From Octopus vulgaris (lineage: Eukaryota), in assembly GCA_951406725.2 (NCBI GenBank), contig OX597823.1, positions 67,704,001 to 67,768,000 of the forward strand: a stretch of DNA of 64,000 nucleotides, read 5' to 3'. Shown here piece after piece: positions 25,835 through 39,752 of this stretch; position 1 is the first letter of the stretch; each line of letters opens with the position of its first letter. The notes under the pieces were generated by a model. It was not told where the DNA came from. It searched no databases and was given only the letters and a program-made list of their open reading frames with translations. A program made the translations under genes and the position numbers.

Positions 25835-26090
25835 ATTTGCATATTTTAATGTAAAGAGTGTAGTGTTTTGCAATGTCAGTGTCAATACCTCTTGAAGTGC
25901 AGTTGGGCTTTTAAAGGAGCAGCACCTCAGTATCATGATCAGAAAAAGGAAAGCAGTTGAAAGATAGAGATGAGCATCCAAACTCTTGAATCATTTGGTA
26001 ATGCTGCCTGTGCAAAGAATACTGAAGAGAATGTAACGTTGATTAAACTTTCGAGCTTCTTCATTAGACTGTATATTAGTTGCAAAGATG
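25835..26090 (+). other. Candidate internal exon containing a start codon (MSIQTLESFGNAACAKNTEENVTLIKLSSFFIRLYISCKD-)
   Basis: Polypyrimidine tract plus TTCAG acceptor (25834) and strong donor ATG|GTAAGA (26091). The frame is open from ATG 25970 to the donor (phase 1). Non-repetitive sequence. No protein confidently recognised. Confidence 0.35.
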
Positions 26091-26479
26091 GTAAGAATCT
26101 TAATGAAAGACCATTCTTCATTCATAATGTAGATTAACCCTAAATACATATTTATATATGCAATATGTATATTGACATAGTTAGCTAGCTAATTACTTTG
26201 ATTAATAGCTTGATGGACTAATGCATAAATTGATATATTGACTGATAGATAGGTAGACAGATTGGTTAACATGCAGTTTACCATCATAAATAGTGAAAGT
26301 CAACTGTCCTAAAAATTGGAAGTAAATTATGATACAAAGCAGAAGTGATGACAGTAGCATACCAAAATTTCATAAAAAGAACTTAAAGAACTCTCTCCTT
26401 ATGTGATGTCCACAAGTATCAACATGTATGGTACCTTCCAGTAATATGTTGAGCATTTCAGAAGTAGCTGAGATATACC

Positions 26480-26790
26480 ATTCGAGCTTGGTCAATGCCA
26501 GTACTGCCTGACTGGCTCCCGTGCTGGTGGCACATAAACAGCACCATTCAAGCGTGGTCAGTGCCAGTACTGCCTGACTGGCCCTCGTGTCAGTGACATG
26601 TAAAAAGTACCAACTACACTCTTGGAGTGGTTGGTGTCAGGAAGAGTATCCAGCTGTAGAAACTTTGCCAGATCAGATTGAATCCTGGTGCAGCCTTCTG
26701 GCTTGCCAGCCCTCAGTCAAACTGTCCAGCCTGTGCTAACATGGAAAGCAGATGTTAAACGATGATGTCGATGATGGTGATGATGATACC
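26480..26790 (+). mobile_element. RTE LINE 3' end
   Basis: Tandem GCCAGTACTGCCTGACTGGC units, GAGTGGTTGGTGTCAGGAAGAGTATCCAGCTGTAGAAAC and tail AAACGATGATG. Homologous to 56471-56650. Confidence 0.75.
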
Positions 26791-28939
26791 ATTTCAAAGT
26801 ACTATACTCAACAACAAGCACTACTGAAAAGACATTTCATTGGCTGACAATGTCAAAGCATGATCACCAACACAGTTACATGTGAGCAATGCAATAATTC
26901 TGCATGATTAATGAGCTGTAGAGAAAGAACTGATGTGAAGCAGTAGCATTATTCTTGTGAATTCTCTCAGACTATATTTTCCTTTTCTTGAGAAGAGGCA
27001 TTTGCTTCTACCAATACTAATTCAACTGACAATGTACATGTGGATAAGATAGTGTCACATACATTGCTTACATCAAATTATGGGTTGTCACTGTTGCAAC
27101 TTCTGGTTTCTATTGCAATTTACAATCTTTTTTTAGGACAATTTCACTTTTTTTATGACGAAAATGGTTGTGTAAACTGTCAAATTGATGTAAAGATTTA
27201 TGTTCCAACTCACATATATAAGGAATCTTGCATGTACACAAGGATGCATGCATATTTACCTTCTATAATATTTCAATTTTTAAAAAGCTATCCTTAATCA
27301 TTTGTTGGTAAACTTAATTCAGAATTTATGAGTTACAATTACACTGCTATGTGTAGAATTTAAGAACAGCAATGAACTTGTCAGTAAAATTCAACTGAAT
27401 AGAGTTTCACATTACGATTGATAAAATTTAAAGGAAAAAATGTAAAGTAGTTAAGCGAGCACAGGTATGTACACATACAGGTATAGCATACACACATATA
27501 TATTCACATTTGTTTGCCTATTAAAAAAATAGATACCAATGTTTACATTAGAACTTAAATGAAATTTTGTTTTGTTTTTTCTAAATATTACTATTGATAA
27601 TTGTCAGGTAAAAATTCTATATTGAAATGCATGTTTATAAGGCAAGGTAGCTTCCTTTTGCAAGCATTCCTAAATAGCTTTCCTAATTTAATGTTTGTTT
27701 CCGTGTGCCAAAAAAAAAAAAAAGTAAAAGAGAATCCAAAAATTATAGATATAAATAAAAGCAAACTGAATAAATCAAAACTGTTATAATATTGGAATTT
27801 AAAAAAAATTTTTTATCCTATTTGGTGTATCACGAAAGTTAGTGATATGTTTGGTTATTTTCTCTGAAAAATCAAATCAAATACAATTGAATTAAAACAG
27901 AACTTTTTATCATCTTTCAAGCAGCAGTGGTAACGAGTTTTAATGAACTTTTAGGCGCTCATTGCAAGGTGAGATGGACACCCCATTTAATAGTAACTAT
28001 TTCTGAAATTTTATTTTGAAAATATAATTAAAGAAAACTAAAATGTACAGACAGACTGTAAAAAGAATATATGTAAATTATTCCTGACAGTAATGTTTAT
28101 TTAAGTGTGTGTGTGTGTCTGTCTGTTATTTATATACCATAAATATAGCCTCATAACAGACAAATTACGTTACTGCACAGTTTCATGCTGAAAGACACTG
28201 CAAAAGTGGAGAGGTAAATTAACAATCATCAAAGAGAGAGCTTGTGATGCATATATGTTTATTATAAATGGGGATAGGTTAACATTGAACATTATCAGAT
28301 GAAGAACTCAATGCAAAATTATATAGTCAAATATGCATTTTTGTATATCATATGAAACTGAGAGTTAGTTTTCACTATATGCCCATCCTTGTCAAACTGT
28401 AGTTTGAAAAATTCAACAAAGCAGTTGCAAATATCTTTTCAAAGATTAACAAAATTGTGCCTGTTTTGATAAATCTAATTTTGATAAATTTAGTTGCTGT
28501 CGCAGATTTGGACATTTTTTTTTTAATTATGTAAAAATTAAAAAATTTTATATATTGATGTAATTTTTCATGTTGAATCCAGTTTTGGAATTCATTTATG
28601 CCATAAAAAATTCAGAATAATGTTACTGAGATTCAAAGTTTGATCATTTTTACCCTATCAGAAAACAGGAATCAGAAACTGGCATTTTCTGTGTGATAGA
28701 AAATTATTTTGTGTCACAAAATAATTTTCATCAAAACTTGTACTCAAGTAAGAGGGTGCACATTTATTTCTCTTTTGTATGCTATTGTGTGTGTATAGTT
28801 TATGCGTAAATGATCATTATATGTTCATTCCAGGGAATTCAAATAGAGGGAGAATACCACTAATCAATTTGATCGGATTTTGAGTGATGCCATTATGCTA
28901 TATTTTTCTTGAAAAGCTTCAGCATTTCTAGGATGCTAT

Positions 28940-29370
28940 ACTCTTTTCAGTCATTTGACTGCGGCCATGCTAGAGCACCGCTTTTAGTCGAGCAAATCGA
29001 CCCCGGGACTTATTCTTTGTAAGCCCAGTACTTATTCTATCGGTCTCTTTTGCCGAACCGCTAAGTGATGGGGACGTAAACACACCAGCATCAGTTGTCA
29101 AGCAATGCTAGGGGGACAAACACAGACACACACAGACACACACACACACACATATATACATATATACGACAGGCTTCTTTCAGTTTCCGTCTACCAAATC
29201 CACTCACAAGGCTTTGGTCGGCCCGAGGCTATAGTAGGTGCCATGCAGAGGGACTGAACCATGCAGGGGCTATAGCAGAAGACACTTGCCCAAGATGCCA
29301 CGCAGTGGGACTGAACCCGGAACCATGTGGTTGGTAAGCAAGCTACTTACCACACAGCCACTCCTGCGCC
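28940..29370 (-). mobile_element. SINE family A (young copy, small internal duplication)
   Basis: Reverse complement of 15291-15685 with CpGs retained. Duplicated segment at ~29230-29320. Confidence 0.9.
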
Positions 29371-30454
29371 TATGCTAAATTTATTACATAAATCCAGTGA
29401 ACCTATGGTAATAGGCATGTACGAGAACCTATAACTGGGATATAGAGTTGTAAGACCTGCATTAGTTCACATATATGTCTTTTTTTTTTTTTTTCATAAC
29501 TTCAGACCATTGGGCAGTTGACGTCCAAAATGCATACTTTTTCTTCCCTGTCTCATAAAGAAATATTAGGTCTGTTATGTCTGCACCAGATACCTGTCTT
29601 TACTAGAATATTCCATGAGCATTCTTTATTTTGAAAGGTATGGATATATTCTAGTGCTAGCATTCTTTATTTGTATGTCTGTCAGGACAATCCTTCTTGC
29701 ACACAACATAATAAATAGTTTTTGAAATGTCATGCCTCATAGAAAGGTAGTAACTTTGTGGATGTTTCTAGGCAGCTGCTGCTGATGTGTGTTATATGTA
29801 TGTATGCGTGTGTGTGTGTGTGTAGAATAACCCCCTGTCACTTCCTTTGTCCACAGCCATGGTTATTTTCTTTTGCTCTTTTTCACTTATCTCAGGACTA
29901 TATTATCTAATGTGTCCTTTGCCTTTTTAAGATCTAGGAGTATAGAACTGTGTGTGTCATTCTCACAGACACACACATATATGACACATGGATGCAGTAA
30001 CATACAGAGATATAAACACACATGCATTTGCAGGTACGTACACAGACAGATACACACATGTGAACTTTTAAGCTTATTCCTTCTCACTAAAGGTTGTGAT
30101 TATATTAACACTTTCTGTATACATACAAATATCTACATCTGTCTGTCAATGTATATGTAGATAGATAGGTAGATGTACAGGTAGGAATCACAAGGTAAAA
30201 AGAAATAAGAGAAATAGAAGGTTAGCTACAGATATACAGTTATACAGATAAATTGAGAAAGGAAGAGAGATTGTGAGAATGACAGAGACATTGAGACTAA
30301 ATAAATAAATAAATAAAAGAAATAAATAAATCAAAAACTATGTAAAGGTAGAAACAAGATAAATAGGCATGTATAGATATCTGTATTTCTGATTGTATAG
30401 CTAAACCAGAAGTTGTTAGCAGCAACGCAAGGGGATTCACTGCACTTGACAACA

Positions 30455-30835
30455 ATGTGGTATTAAGTTTGCTTCCCAAAACATGGTTCCAGGTTCAGTC
30501 CCACTACATGACACCTTGGGCAACTGTCTCCTACTATAGCCTAAGGCTGACCAAAACCTTGTGAGTGGATTTGGTAGATGGAAACTGAAAGAAGCCCATC
30601 ATGTGTGTATATATATATATATATGTATGTATGTATTTGCGGGTCTGTGTTTGTCTCCACACCATTGCTTGACAACCGATGTTGGTGTGGTTACATCCCC
30701 ATAACTTAGTGGTTTGGCAAAAGAGACTGATAGAATAAGTACAAAGCTTACAAGTCCTGGGGTCGATTTGTTTGACTAAAGGTGGTGCTCCGGCATGGCT
30801 GCAGTCAATTGTCTGAAACAAGTGAAATAATAAAA
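30455..30835 (+). mobile_element. SINE family A
   Basis: Same body and tail as 15291-15685. Confidence 0.85.
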
Positions 30836-31145
30836 GAACACACGTGTATGTATCTATCTGTCTATATATCATCATCATCGTTTAATGTCCATTTTCCATG
30901 CTAGCATGGGTTGGACGATATATATATATATATATATATATGAACACTGGCCAACAAATTCTAACATTTTTCTGACATAGGTTTGAGACCTGGTTTTGGG
31001 TAATTAAAGGTCATTGAGTTTAAAAATGGCAATATTTTTTCTATTCTGTGAATTTATATATATAACAGTCAAATCGTCCAACCCATGCTAGCATGGAAAG
31101 CGGATGTTAAACGACGATGATGATGATGATACATATATACATACA

Positions 31146-31465
31146 TTCTTTCACTTGTTTGTCATTTGACTGCGGCCATGTTGGAGCACCACCTTTAGTC
31201 GAGCAAATCGACCCCAGGACTTATTCTTTGTAAGCCTAGTACTTATTCAATCGGTCTCTTTTGCCAAACTGCTAAGTTACGGGGATGTAAACATACCAGC
31301 ACCGGTTGTCAAGCGATGTTGGGGGGGACAAACACAGACACACAAACATATACACACTATATATATATACATATATATGACAGGCTTCTTTCAGTTTCCA
31401 TCTACCAAATCCACTTACAAGGCTTTGGTCGGCTTGAGTCTATAGTAGAAGACACTTGCCCAAGT
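31146..31465 (-). mobile_element. SINE family A (5'-truncated)
   Basis: TTTGACTGCGGCCATG..GACACTTGCCCAAG. Confidence 0.85.
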
Positions 31466-31692
31466 ATATATATATATATATATGTTCATACAAGGGAATG
31501 TTCTTTATGTTGCCTGTCTCGTTTCTCTATTTGTTTCTTTCGTTGTTTGAAAAATGTTCGTTTTCCATGCTTTTGTTTATGTTCTCATTTCTCATTTTGA
31601 TCATGTTTTTCTTGACATCCTGTATCCATATATGCATTGATATATACATATATATGTAGGCATGTATATGTATGTGTGTATATATAGGCATA

Positions 31693-32858
31693 TCTTTATA
31701 TATATAAAACTAAGAATGTGTGTCTGTCTGTGTTTCCCTAAAACTTGAGAACTACACAACCAATTTCATTCAAATTTTACACATGCTTTACTTAGGGTCC
31801 CGGGAGTGTCATCGGCAAAATATTTTTTTAACTTTTTGCCTAGGGCGAGCCCATAGCAATATCATATCTTCTCCACTACGATTCCCTAAAACTTGAGAAC
31901 TACACAACCAATTCCATTCAAATTTTACACATGCCTTACTTAGGGTCCATGTAGTTTCATGGGCAAAAAAAATGTTCAACTTCTTGCCTAGAGCGAGCCC
32001 ATAGCAATATCATATCTTCTCCACTATTTCAGTATTACGTGTTAAAAGGAAACAAAAACGTTTCTCTATTTTATGTCAGATATTTTCACTTTAACAATAA
32101 AAATAATAATAACAATTGAATTATTTGTAGTAAGTAATAATTAAAATCAAACTAAAGTATAATATAATCGTAACATAACAAAAGTAAAAATAGCAATTGG
32201 TATAAAATTGCATCAATAACTTGAACTTGAATAAGTGGTTTTACATGAATGGGAATAAATACAAAATAAAATTAGCGTGCAGAAATGGAATAGTCCAGAT
32301 GGATAATAAAATATTAAATTAAAGAAAAGACTATTGTCTATAAAGTATACAATGTAGAGAAAAAAGATTTGAACACATGGAGGAAAGCACCTTCGAAAAG
32401 TGTCTTGGTGCGACTATGAAAGGTATCTAATCAGAGGCGGTAAATTCGACACAATAGAAGCAAGGTTCGAGTCAACGGAGCGTGCAAGGGAGTACTCTAC
32501 TCGAACTTGCAAAGTGGAAATATTTTATATTTACCTTTATATCTGGGACGTAGGACGTCCCGGAAAAAAATTTAAAATGCCATCCCCCCCCAAAAGTAGA
32601 GGTAGGCTAGATTGTAGCCACACTTCTATACAAGAGGGAGGACAAGATACAATTGATCGAAATTACAAGAGATGGGCTAACAATTCCAGTCTGTTATATA
32701 TTTTGAGTATTGTTATCACTAGCGATATCATGATATAACTTTGTATTTTGTATTTTATGCGTAGATGTATATATATAGATGTAAATGTAATATGTACACA
32801 CATATATACACATATATACATGCACTATGACCCGGCAACGACTGGTCTTTAATGCTAG
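31693..32858 (+). mobile_element. Non-autonomous Helitron with both termini
   Basis: A|TCTTTATATATATAAAACTAAGAATG at the 5' end. 3' hairpin GACCCGGCAACGACTGGTC, then CTAG|T (32855-32858). A ~148-bp internal tandem duplication spans ~31733-32030. Confidence 0.85.
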
Positions 32859-32968
32859 TATATATATATTATTTAGATTATATATATATATATATAAAGA
32901 GGAGAGAGAGAGAGAGAGATGTGTGTGTATTTTTCCCTTGTTTAAAATGTCTTATTGATGAGTTTTAT

Positions 32969-33070
32969 TTCTTCATTTCCCTGAAGAGAAGATTACATTG
33001 TTTTACACTATTTTATTCCTTTGGAATAATACCAATGATTTCTTCGAAACATGTGTCGGAAGTAAAAGAA
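32969..33070 (+). ncRNA. Type I hammerhead ribozyme motif (Penelope pLTR/retrozyme-like)
   Basis: Stem I TTTCC/GGAAG; CTGAAGA 32981-32987; stem II GAAGA..CATTG/CAATG..TCTTC; GAAA 33046-33049; stem III AC-ATGT-GT; cleavage triplet GTC 33055-33057. Confidence 0.75.
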
Positions 33071-33997
33071 TTTGAATAACATCTGCGTTTAACTCCATTT
33101 ATTTATACATACATACATACACACACACATATATATATATATATATGGTGGTCTGCTTTCAGTTTCTATCTACGAAATCCACTCACAAGGCTTTGGTCTG
33201 CTTGTGGCTATAGTAGAAGTCACTTGCCCAAGTTGGCATGCAACTGAACATGGAACCTTGTGGTTAGGAAGCAAGCTACTTTCCACACAACCATGCGTAA
33301 ATATATATCGTCATTGTCATTTAATGGCCATTCTCCATGCTCACAAGGATGGCATGGTTTGACAGGAGTTGGCAACCCGGAGAGCTACAGCAGATATCAT
33401 TTGTCTGTTTTGGCATGATTTCTATGACTGGATACCCTTTCTAATACCAACTATTTTACAGGGTGTACTAGGTCTCTTATGTTGCACTGGCATGGATGCT
33501 TTTATATGGTACTAGTATAGGTGCTCTCTGTGGCACTGGTACAGTTGCTTTTAATATGGCACAAGCACCAGTCCTTTTTCTGTGGCGCTAATACTCAAGG
33601 ATGTCTCATCTGAGAGAGGGAGACAAACTGAGAGAAGTGACTGTGCGCTAGGTGAGAGGTTGGAATATGACAGGGTCAGGGACAGCTATCTTACTATGCA
33701 GGAGATACTTGGCTACCCCAGTAGGACAAAGAAGTGGAGAGAGAGAGGGAGAGAGAGCTGTCTTGCTACAGAGGAGATACTTGTCTAACCCTCCCTGTAG
33801 GACAAGGAAGCAGAGGAAGATGTGAGAGAGAGAGAGAGAAAGGAAGAATGATACAGTATGAGTTAGAAAGAGAAAGAGCTTACCCATGGGGAACAGTGGT
33901 GGTGGAAGTATAAGTAACACAGAGGGGATGGAGGAGATGTACCATAAGAGTGTGAGGGAAGATAGATAGATAGCAAGTGATGTTTAGAGGTGGTATA

Positions 33998-34225
33998 GGC
34001 GAGCTGGCAGAAACGTTAGCACGCTGGGTGAAATGCTTAGCGGTATTTCGTCTGTCTCTACATTCTGAGTTCAAAATTCGCTGAGGTCAACTTTGCCTTT
34101 CATCCCTTCGGGGTCGATTAAATAGGTAACAATTACGCACTAGGGTCGATATAATTGACTTAATCCGTTTGTCTGTCCTTGTTTGTTCCCTCTGTGTTTA
34201 GCCCCTTGTGGGTAGTAAAGAAATA
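33998..34225 (+). mobile_element. tRNA-derived SINE, family B
   Basis: GGCGAGCTGGCAGAAACGTTAGCACG..TTCTGAGTTCAAA..GGTCAACTTTGCCTTTCATCC..GCCCCTTGTGGG. Many full and partial copies in the window. Confidence 0.85.
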
Positions 34226-36692
34226 GGTATAGGTTTTGGACACACACACATATGCACATATGTGTTTATGTGCTTGCTAGTTCTGCAACCCATTGCTAAA
34301 ATTATTAATATCATTAAGAATTATGCATTGTTTATTAAATGTAATTATCTGGTGACATACATAACTTTGTCACCTCCAGGACTGTTAATGATAACTATGA
34401 TTGTACGTAAAGCTATGGCTATAATGAATTGATGTGAATTTTAGTTCTTTTGTCACTCATGTCCATCTATGCTCAATGTTCGAACAAGACTGGAACACAT
34501 ACAAAATTGTCCTCATACTGCCAAAAACCAGACTCACTCTCACTGCAAGCCCTAATGTTTTTAACTAATTTAAGCCTTTGTGTCGTCTCCTCTATTTTAC
34601 TTGACCAGATGTAATCATTTATCTAATGGATTTTTACTTCTCCTTAGACTAATTATGACCAATTAAAATTTCATGTCTCACTGCATATTGTATGCTAGCA
34701 TTTATTTAACTATTTATAACCTTGCATTTGTGTCCCATAGAGACTGGTTATTATTTAACTCCATGTCAGCCTTTTTCAAACAAACCTGTAATTAGAAGCA
34801 TTCAAGCCATGTACATTCCATCTTTTGTGTATATATATTTGGTAGTCAAGAGATTAAAAGAGATCAGTTAGAATGATGGGAAGATAACCTAATGAAAAAA
34901 TCTGGGCTCAACTAGAAGAGAAGAGTACAATCAAGGGAAAAATGGAAGTGGATTGTAACCAGCAATCCCTATAAATGTCTAATAGTCTGGTTGATAGAGC
35001 AACACCTTAGTTATCTGTTACTACATCACCCAATGTGTTACTACTTTTCAAGCTAATGAGATAGTGTAAAGGAAATTTAGCTACTATTTCTAGCTGGCTG
35101 AGCATGGAGAATATGGGTGGAGAACTTTTCATCTTCAGATTTGAAGCAGGTGTTGATCACCATCATTAAAAACCCACAAAGTAAAAAACGATTTTAAGCC
35201 TTAAGCTCAAAGCATTAATTTAATGTATTAGTCAGTGAATTGGTAGTAGATAGAATGTCTCAATATTTGTTCTAACTCTGTACTTTAGGTTCAAATCCCA
35301 ATGTAGTCAACTTTGCCTTTTATGTTATTGATGTTGATTAAAAAAAGTACCAATCCAGGATGATGAATTGTTGGAACTGTTACAGCATTGGACAATAAAA
35401 TATCTTGCAGTATCAATCTAGCTTTTTGTGTTCTGAAAGAAACCACTTGCAATAATACTAGTGCTAAACTGTAGTGGCTATTAGCAGGGGTCTTCACCTT
35501 AGACAACACTGGTAGCATAGGGTATATTTCCATGTGTGGGCAACGATTATATTTTCATGAAAAAATCCTTGCTCCGGCCTATGTTTATAGATGTAGATAC
35601 AACATAGTTATAAATTTGTAAAATTAATGATTTATTAATTTCTTCAATATAGATATTCAATAACAGCTTTTTATATATTTGCAATTCAATTCAGACACTA
35701 GAAAAAAAATTCCCTCCCTGATGCTAGAAGCTTCCACAATTTATTCAGTAAAGTCATTTAATTATGTTATATGAACAAACAAATCATGCCAGCTTCCAAA
35801 CGAAAATCTAATAACAACAACTGCTGTGAATCATTCATATGTAACCTACATTTTATTGAACTAAGTTAATTGTAAATTTGTTTTAATGAACATTATAATT
35901 ATCATATATATTATAAATTGAGGTTTTGATATAAATTATAATTTTAATAGAAATTACAAATCAGTGGTTTAATATAAATTATAATCATGTAAATTATATT
36001 TCAATATACATTATACTTTATAATTTTAATAGAAATTATAAATTGTTATTTTTGAGTTGGATTATAAATTTAATATGACTTATAAACTGATGTTTTAATG
36101 TATGTTATAATTTAAGTATGACTTATATATTGAAATGACTATATAAACAATATCAAACTTTGTCTTTTCATTCCAATGGATTGGCAGAATCAGCAATGCA
36201 CGAGACAAAATATCTGCAGTATTTAGTTATGGTGTTTTATGTTCTGAGTTCAAATCCTGCTTAGGACAGCTTTGCCTTTCCTCCTCCTAGGCAATATGAA
36301 CCTCCTAGTTAAGTTGCCTTTCATTTAGTTCCAACTATTTCTCATTTCTTGGATTGAAGTTTTCATATCACAGGTTCCATTGCAGTATGTGCTGACAGAA
36401 CTCTGATTTTATTCTCTGTTAATTTTGGTGTATGTCAAGATTTATGATATCCTTCACAGTCTTACCTCTGTATACTTAACGACTAATTGCTATGATTTCT
36501 AGCCTCATGATATTTACACATCTTTTGTAGTTGATGCCATCCTTTGCTTCTCTTTAATATACAGTGTTTAATCTGTCCAGGTTATGAAATACACTGCACT
36601 TATAAACAATGAGAATATGACAACCATTTTGTCGCTTCAGCATTACCAAGATGCAATCACAGCACATATTATATAACCTTATGTCACACTAT

Positions 36693-36920
36693 TTAACCCT
36701 TTAGCATTCAGATTACTCTGTCAAATGAAAAGTTTATTATTTACATTGCTTTGAATGAATTATACATTATCTTGTAGCTTTGACATTTTAATGATGTGAT
36801 TGTTTATTTTTTAGAATGATTTTGTAAGATAAGCATAAGATACTGGATCTGACTGGTTTGAACAAAAAGCAGGCGAAATACTTTAGCTAGATATGACCAG
36901 TTTTGATGCTAAAACATTAA
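36693..36920. mobile_element. piggyBac-like MITE
   Basis: TTAA-CCCTTTAGCATT .. TGCTAAAACA-TTAA. Same family as 62447-62934. Confidence 0.6.
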
Positions 36921-37631
36921 ACATGAACATCTCCCTAAAGTCACAACAAATTACTAGGTATCACAATCTCTTGTGACAACTTCACATATGTAAATGCACA
37001 TACACATACAACAAGCTTCCATATTCACTCACAAAATTTTGGTTTTCTCAGGACTATTGTGAAAAACACTTATCTCTCTTTGTCTTTCCACCTCCCCCTC
37101 TCAAATGAGTCAATGTGTTTGTTTCACAGTCTTTCCCTTGTACCAGTGCAAAGACACAATTTCTCCACAAGAACGTTTAAATAAAGAAACCTTTTTTTCA
37201 TTGAAAAATACAAAACGCATCTTAATATGCATGCATAACCAACTTTTATCCTTTTACATATTTCAATTTACGATTACATCACCGTACATAAATCCCCTCA
37301 CTAAACAAGTTTTCCGAAGCATTTTTTTGTGTATATATATTCCCCTCCCCTTACCGATAGCTGAACAGTTATTTCCCTTGCCTACAGCAATAACAATAAT
37401 AACGATAACCAATTACCCTCCCTTATTTTTCTACTTGTGAAGTCATTCACTCATAAATATCATCACACACAACATAGACAAAAATTTAAGTAAATATATA
37501 TTCAAATAAGTAAACCATAATATCTTGAATAGCGAAAGCGAAACCAGTTGATATATTAAAAATTATATTAATACCAAGTAAAGTGTGTATTTTCCTGTTT
37601 TAATTTCTTAAATATATATATATATATATAT

Positions 37632-38520
37632 AGTTTTTGTGTGTGGCAGATGCACTGGGACAATAAGCACCAAAGATGTTCAGAAAACAGATTCCATCAC
37701 ATGCCAGGGGGAAAAAACTAGAAGTAGTTGATAGCTTCCATTACCTAGGTGACTAAGTTAGTAGCAGGGGTGGATGCTCTGAGAGTGTAGTTGCTAGAAT
37801 TTTCGATAGGTGTGCAGCACACATCTAGCACACCTGCAATATATGCCCCTGATATATCCACATACATATATACATACGTACGTACACACATATATGCATA
37901 TCACCATTTAGCATCCATTGTTCATGGGTTGGATGGTTTGACCAGGGCCGGCAAGCTGGAATAGTGCACCAGATCCCAGTCTGATTTGGCATGGTTTCTA
38001 TGGCTGGATGCCCTTCCTAACGCCAACCAATCTACCACAGGTTCCCTCCATAGTTAGAGATCAGCTCTTCTTTGGGTCTTCTCAATCTGTGGTAGAGGTA
38101 GACCCAGAAAGACATGGGACAAAGTGGTGAAGCATGATCTTTGAACTTTGCGCCTCACAGAAGCAATGACTAGTGACTGAGACCTTTAGCAGTATGCTGT
38201 GCTTTAGAAGATCTGTCAAACCAAGTGAAATCTGAAATCGTAGTCATGGCTGATAGTGGTGTCCCATTACTGGCACCCATGCCACTGACACATAAAAAGT
38301 ACCTTTCAAGCATTGGGTCTCAAAGAGGCAAAAGTTGTCTGATGCTGGTGGCACATGGAAAGCTCCTTTTGAGTGTTGGGCCTTATGGAAACAATGACTG
38401 AGACCTTTGGCATTATGTCATGCTTGAGAAGAACAACCATCAAGCCATATAAAATTGCAGTCAGGGCAGATACTGGTGTCATGCAAATGGCACCCTTGCC
38501 AGTGGCATGTAAAATCAACT
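37632..38520. mobile_element. Cluster of RTE LINE fragments
   Basis: 37632-37800 encodes VFVCGRCTG..GEKLEVVDSFHYLGD, as in the 57-58 kb ORF. 38090-38500 matches the ORF end (GRGRPRKTWD) and 3' UTR. 37900-38030 is an antisense 3' tail. Confidence 0.8.
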
Positions 38521-38976
38521 ATTACAGTCTAAAACAACATATGCACATATATATTATATAATTAAGTAAACGTGTGTGTGTGTTTGTAGACAAAAATGCT
38601 GGAGAGCTTTAAAAAGAATTTTTCAGCTAGAGGACTGTTTAGGACAAAGAATGACAAATAGGCTACAAAACAGATGTTGAGAAAATAAATAGATAAAAAG
38701 GAAAAAAACAAAGGCTAAAGTAATAATGAAGGACATGCCATGGAAAGAAGAGAATAAGGAACTGGTTTCTTTGGGTCTTTTATTCCAATGACAGTTTTAA
38801 TAATGAAAACATTATTATGACATTCCACAGACTTCATTTTAACAAGTTCCTGAGTTCGTTGCATACCTGTATTATGTATCTAATTCGAAGGGTGATTTAC
38901 ATGTGTGTATATGTAAATATGTATGTATATAAACACATGCATACATACATTAGATATATGTATGCATTTGTATGTA

Positions 38977-39021
<45 letters not shown>

Positions 39022-39504
39022 TCATATATATATATATATATATACACATGTACATACGTACATATACATGTATGTGTATGTATATACATACATTATATAA
39101 AAGTGCGTATTTGTATGTGTGTGTGTTTAGTTATTCAAATCCGTGTAAAAACTTTTTAAAAGTTTCTATGACTGACCTGAAAGAAATTTTTTTATGTCAC
39201 CTATTTGTATCTGTTTCAATTTCTTTTCATTTTAACACTTTACGCACGAACTAATCCAATAAAGCTTGAAGTTTTTACCTCATAAAACAACAATACCTTG
39301 ATTAACAGTGCAAATGCAAGGCAGTGCATTGGGAGAATTGTTTCAGCCTTGAACACATTGTCTTTCCTTATTTGCTTCAACTTTCTATGCTTTGAGTTCA
39401 AAACCCACTGAGGTCCAGTGAACAAGTCTCTATCTGGTTACTTGACCTGCCATAAAAAGTAACCACATTTCCCTTAGTTCATACACCCCATTTAAATAAA
39501 GAAA

Positions 39505-39712
39505 TCATTCTTTTATTTGTTTCTGTGGCCATGCAAGGGCATTGCCATGAAGAATTTTTAGTTGAATGAATCAACCTCAGTACTTATTTTTTTAAAGCTT
39601 GGTACCTATTCTTTTGCTGAACCATTAAGTTACAGGAATGTAAGCACACTAACACCAGTTATCAAGCAGTGATAGGAGATGAACACATACATGTACATAT
39701 ACATGCATGCAT

Positions 39713-39752
<40 letters not shown>

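Noticed and set aside
33998-34090. tRNA genes at SINE heads
   Set aside because: A/B-box-like heads continue into SINE bodies and do not form a full cloverleaf.
35880-36140. AT-rich imperfect tandem repeats (TTATAAATT..TTTTAAT)
   Set aside because: Low-complexity degenerate minisatellite with no further structure evident.
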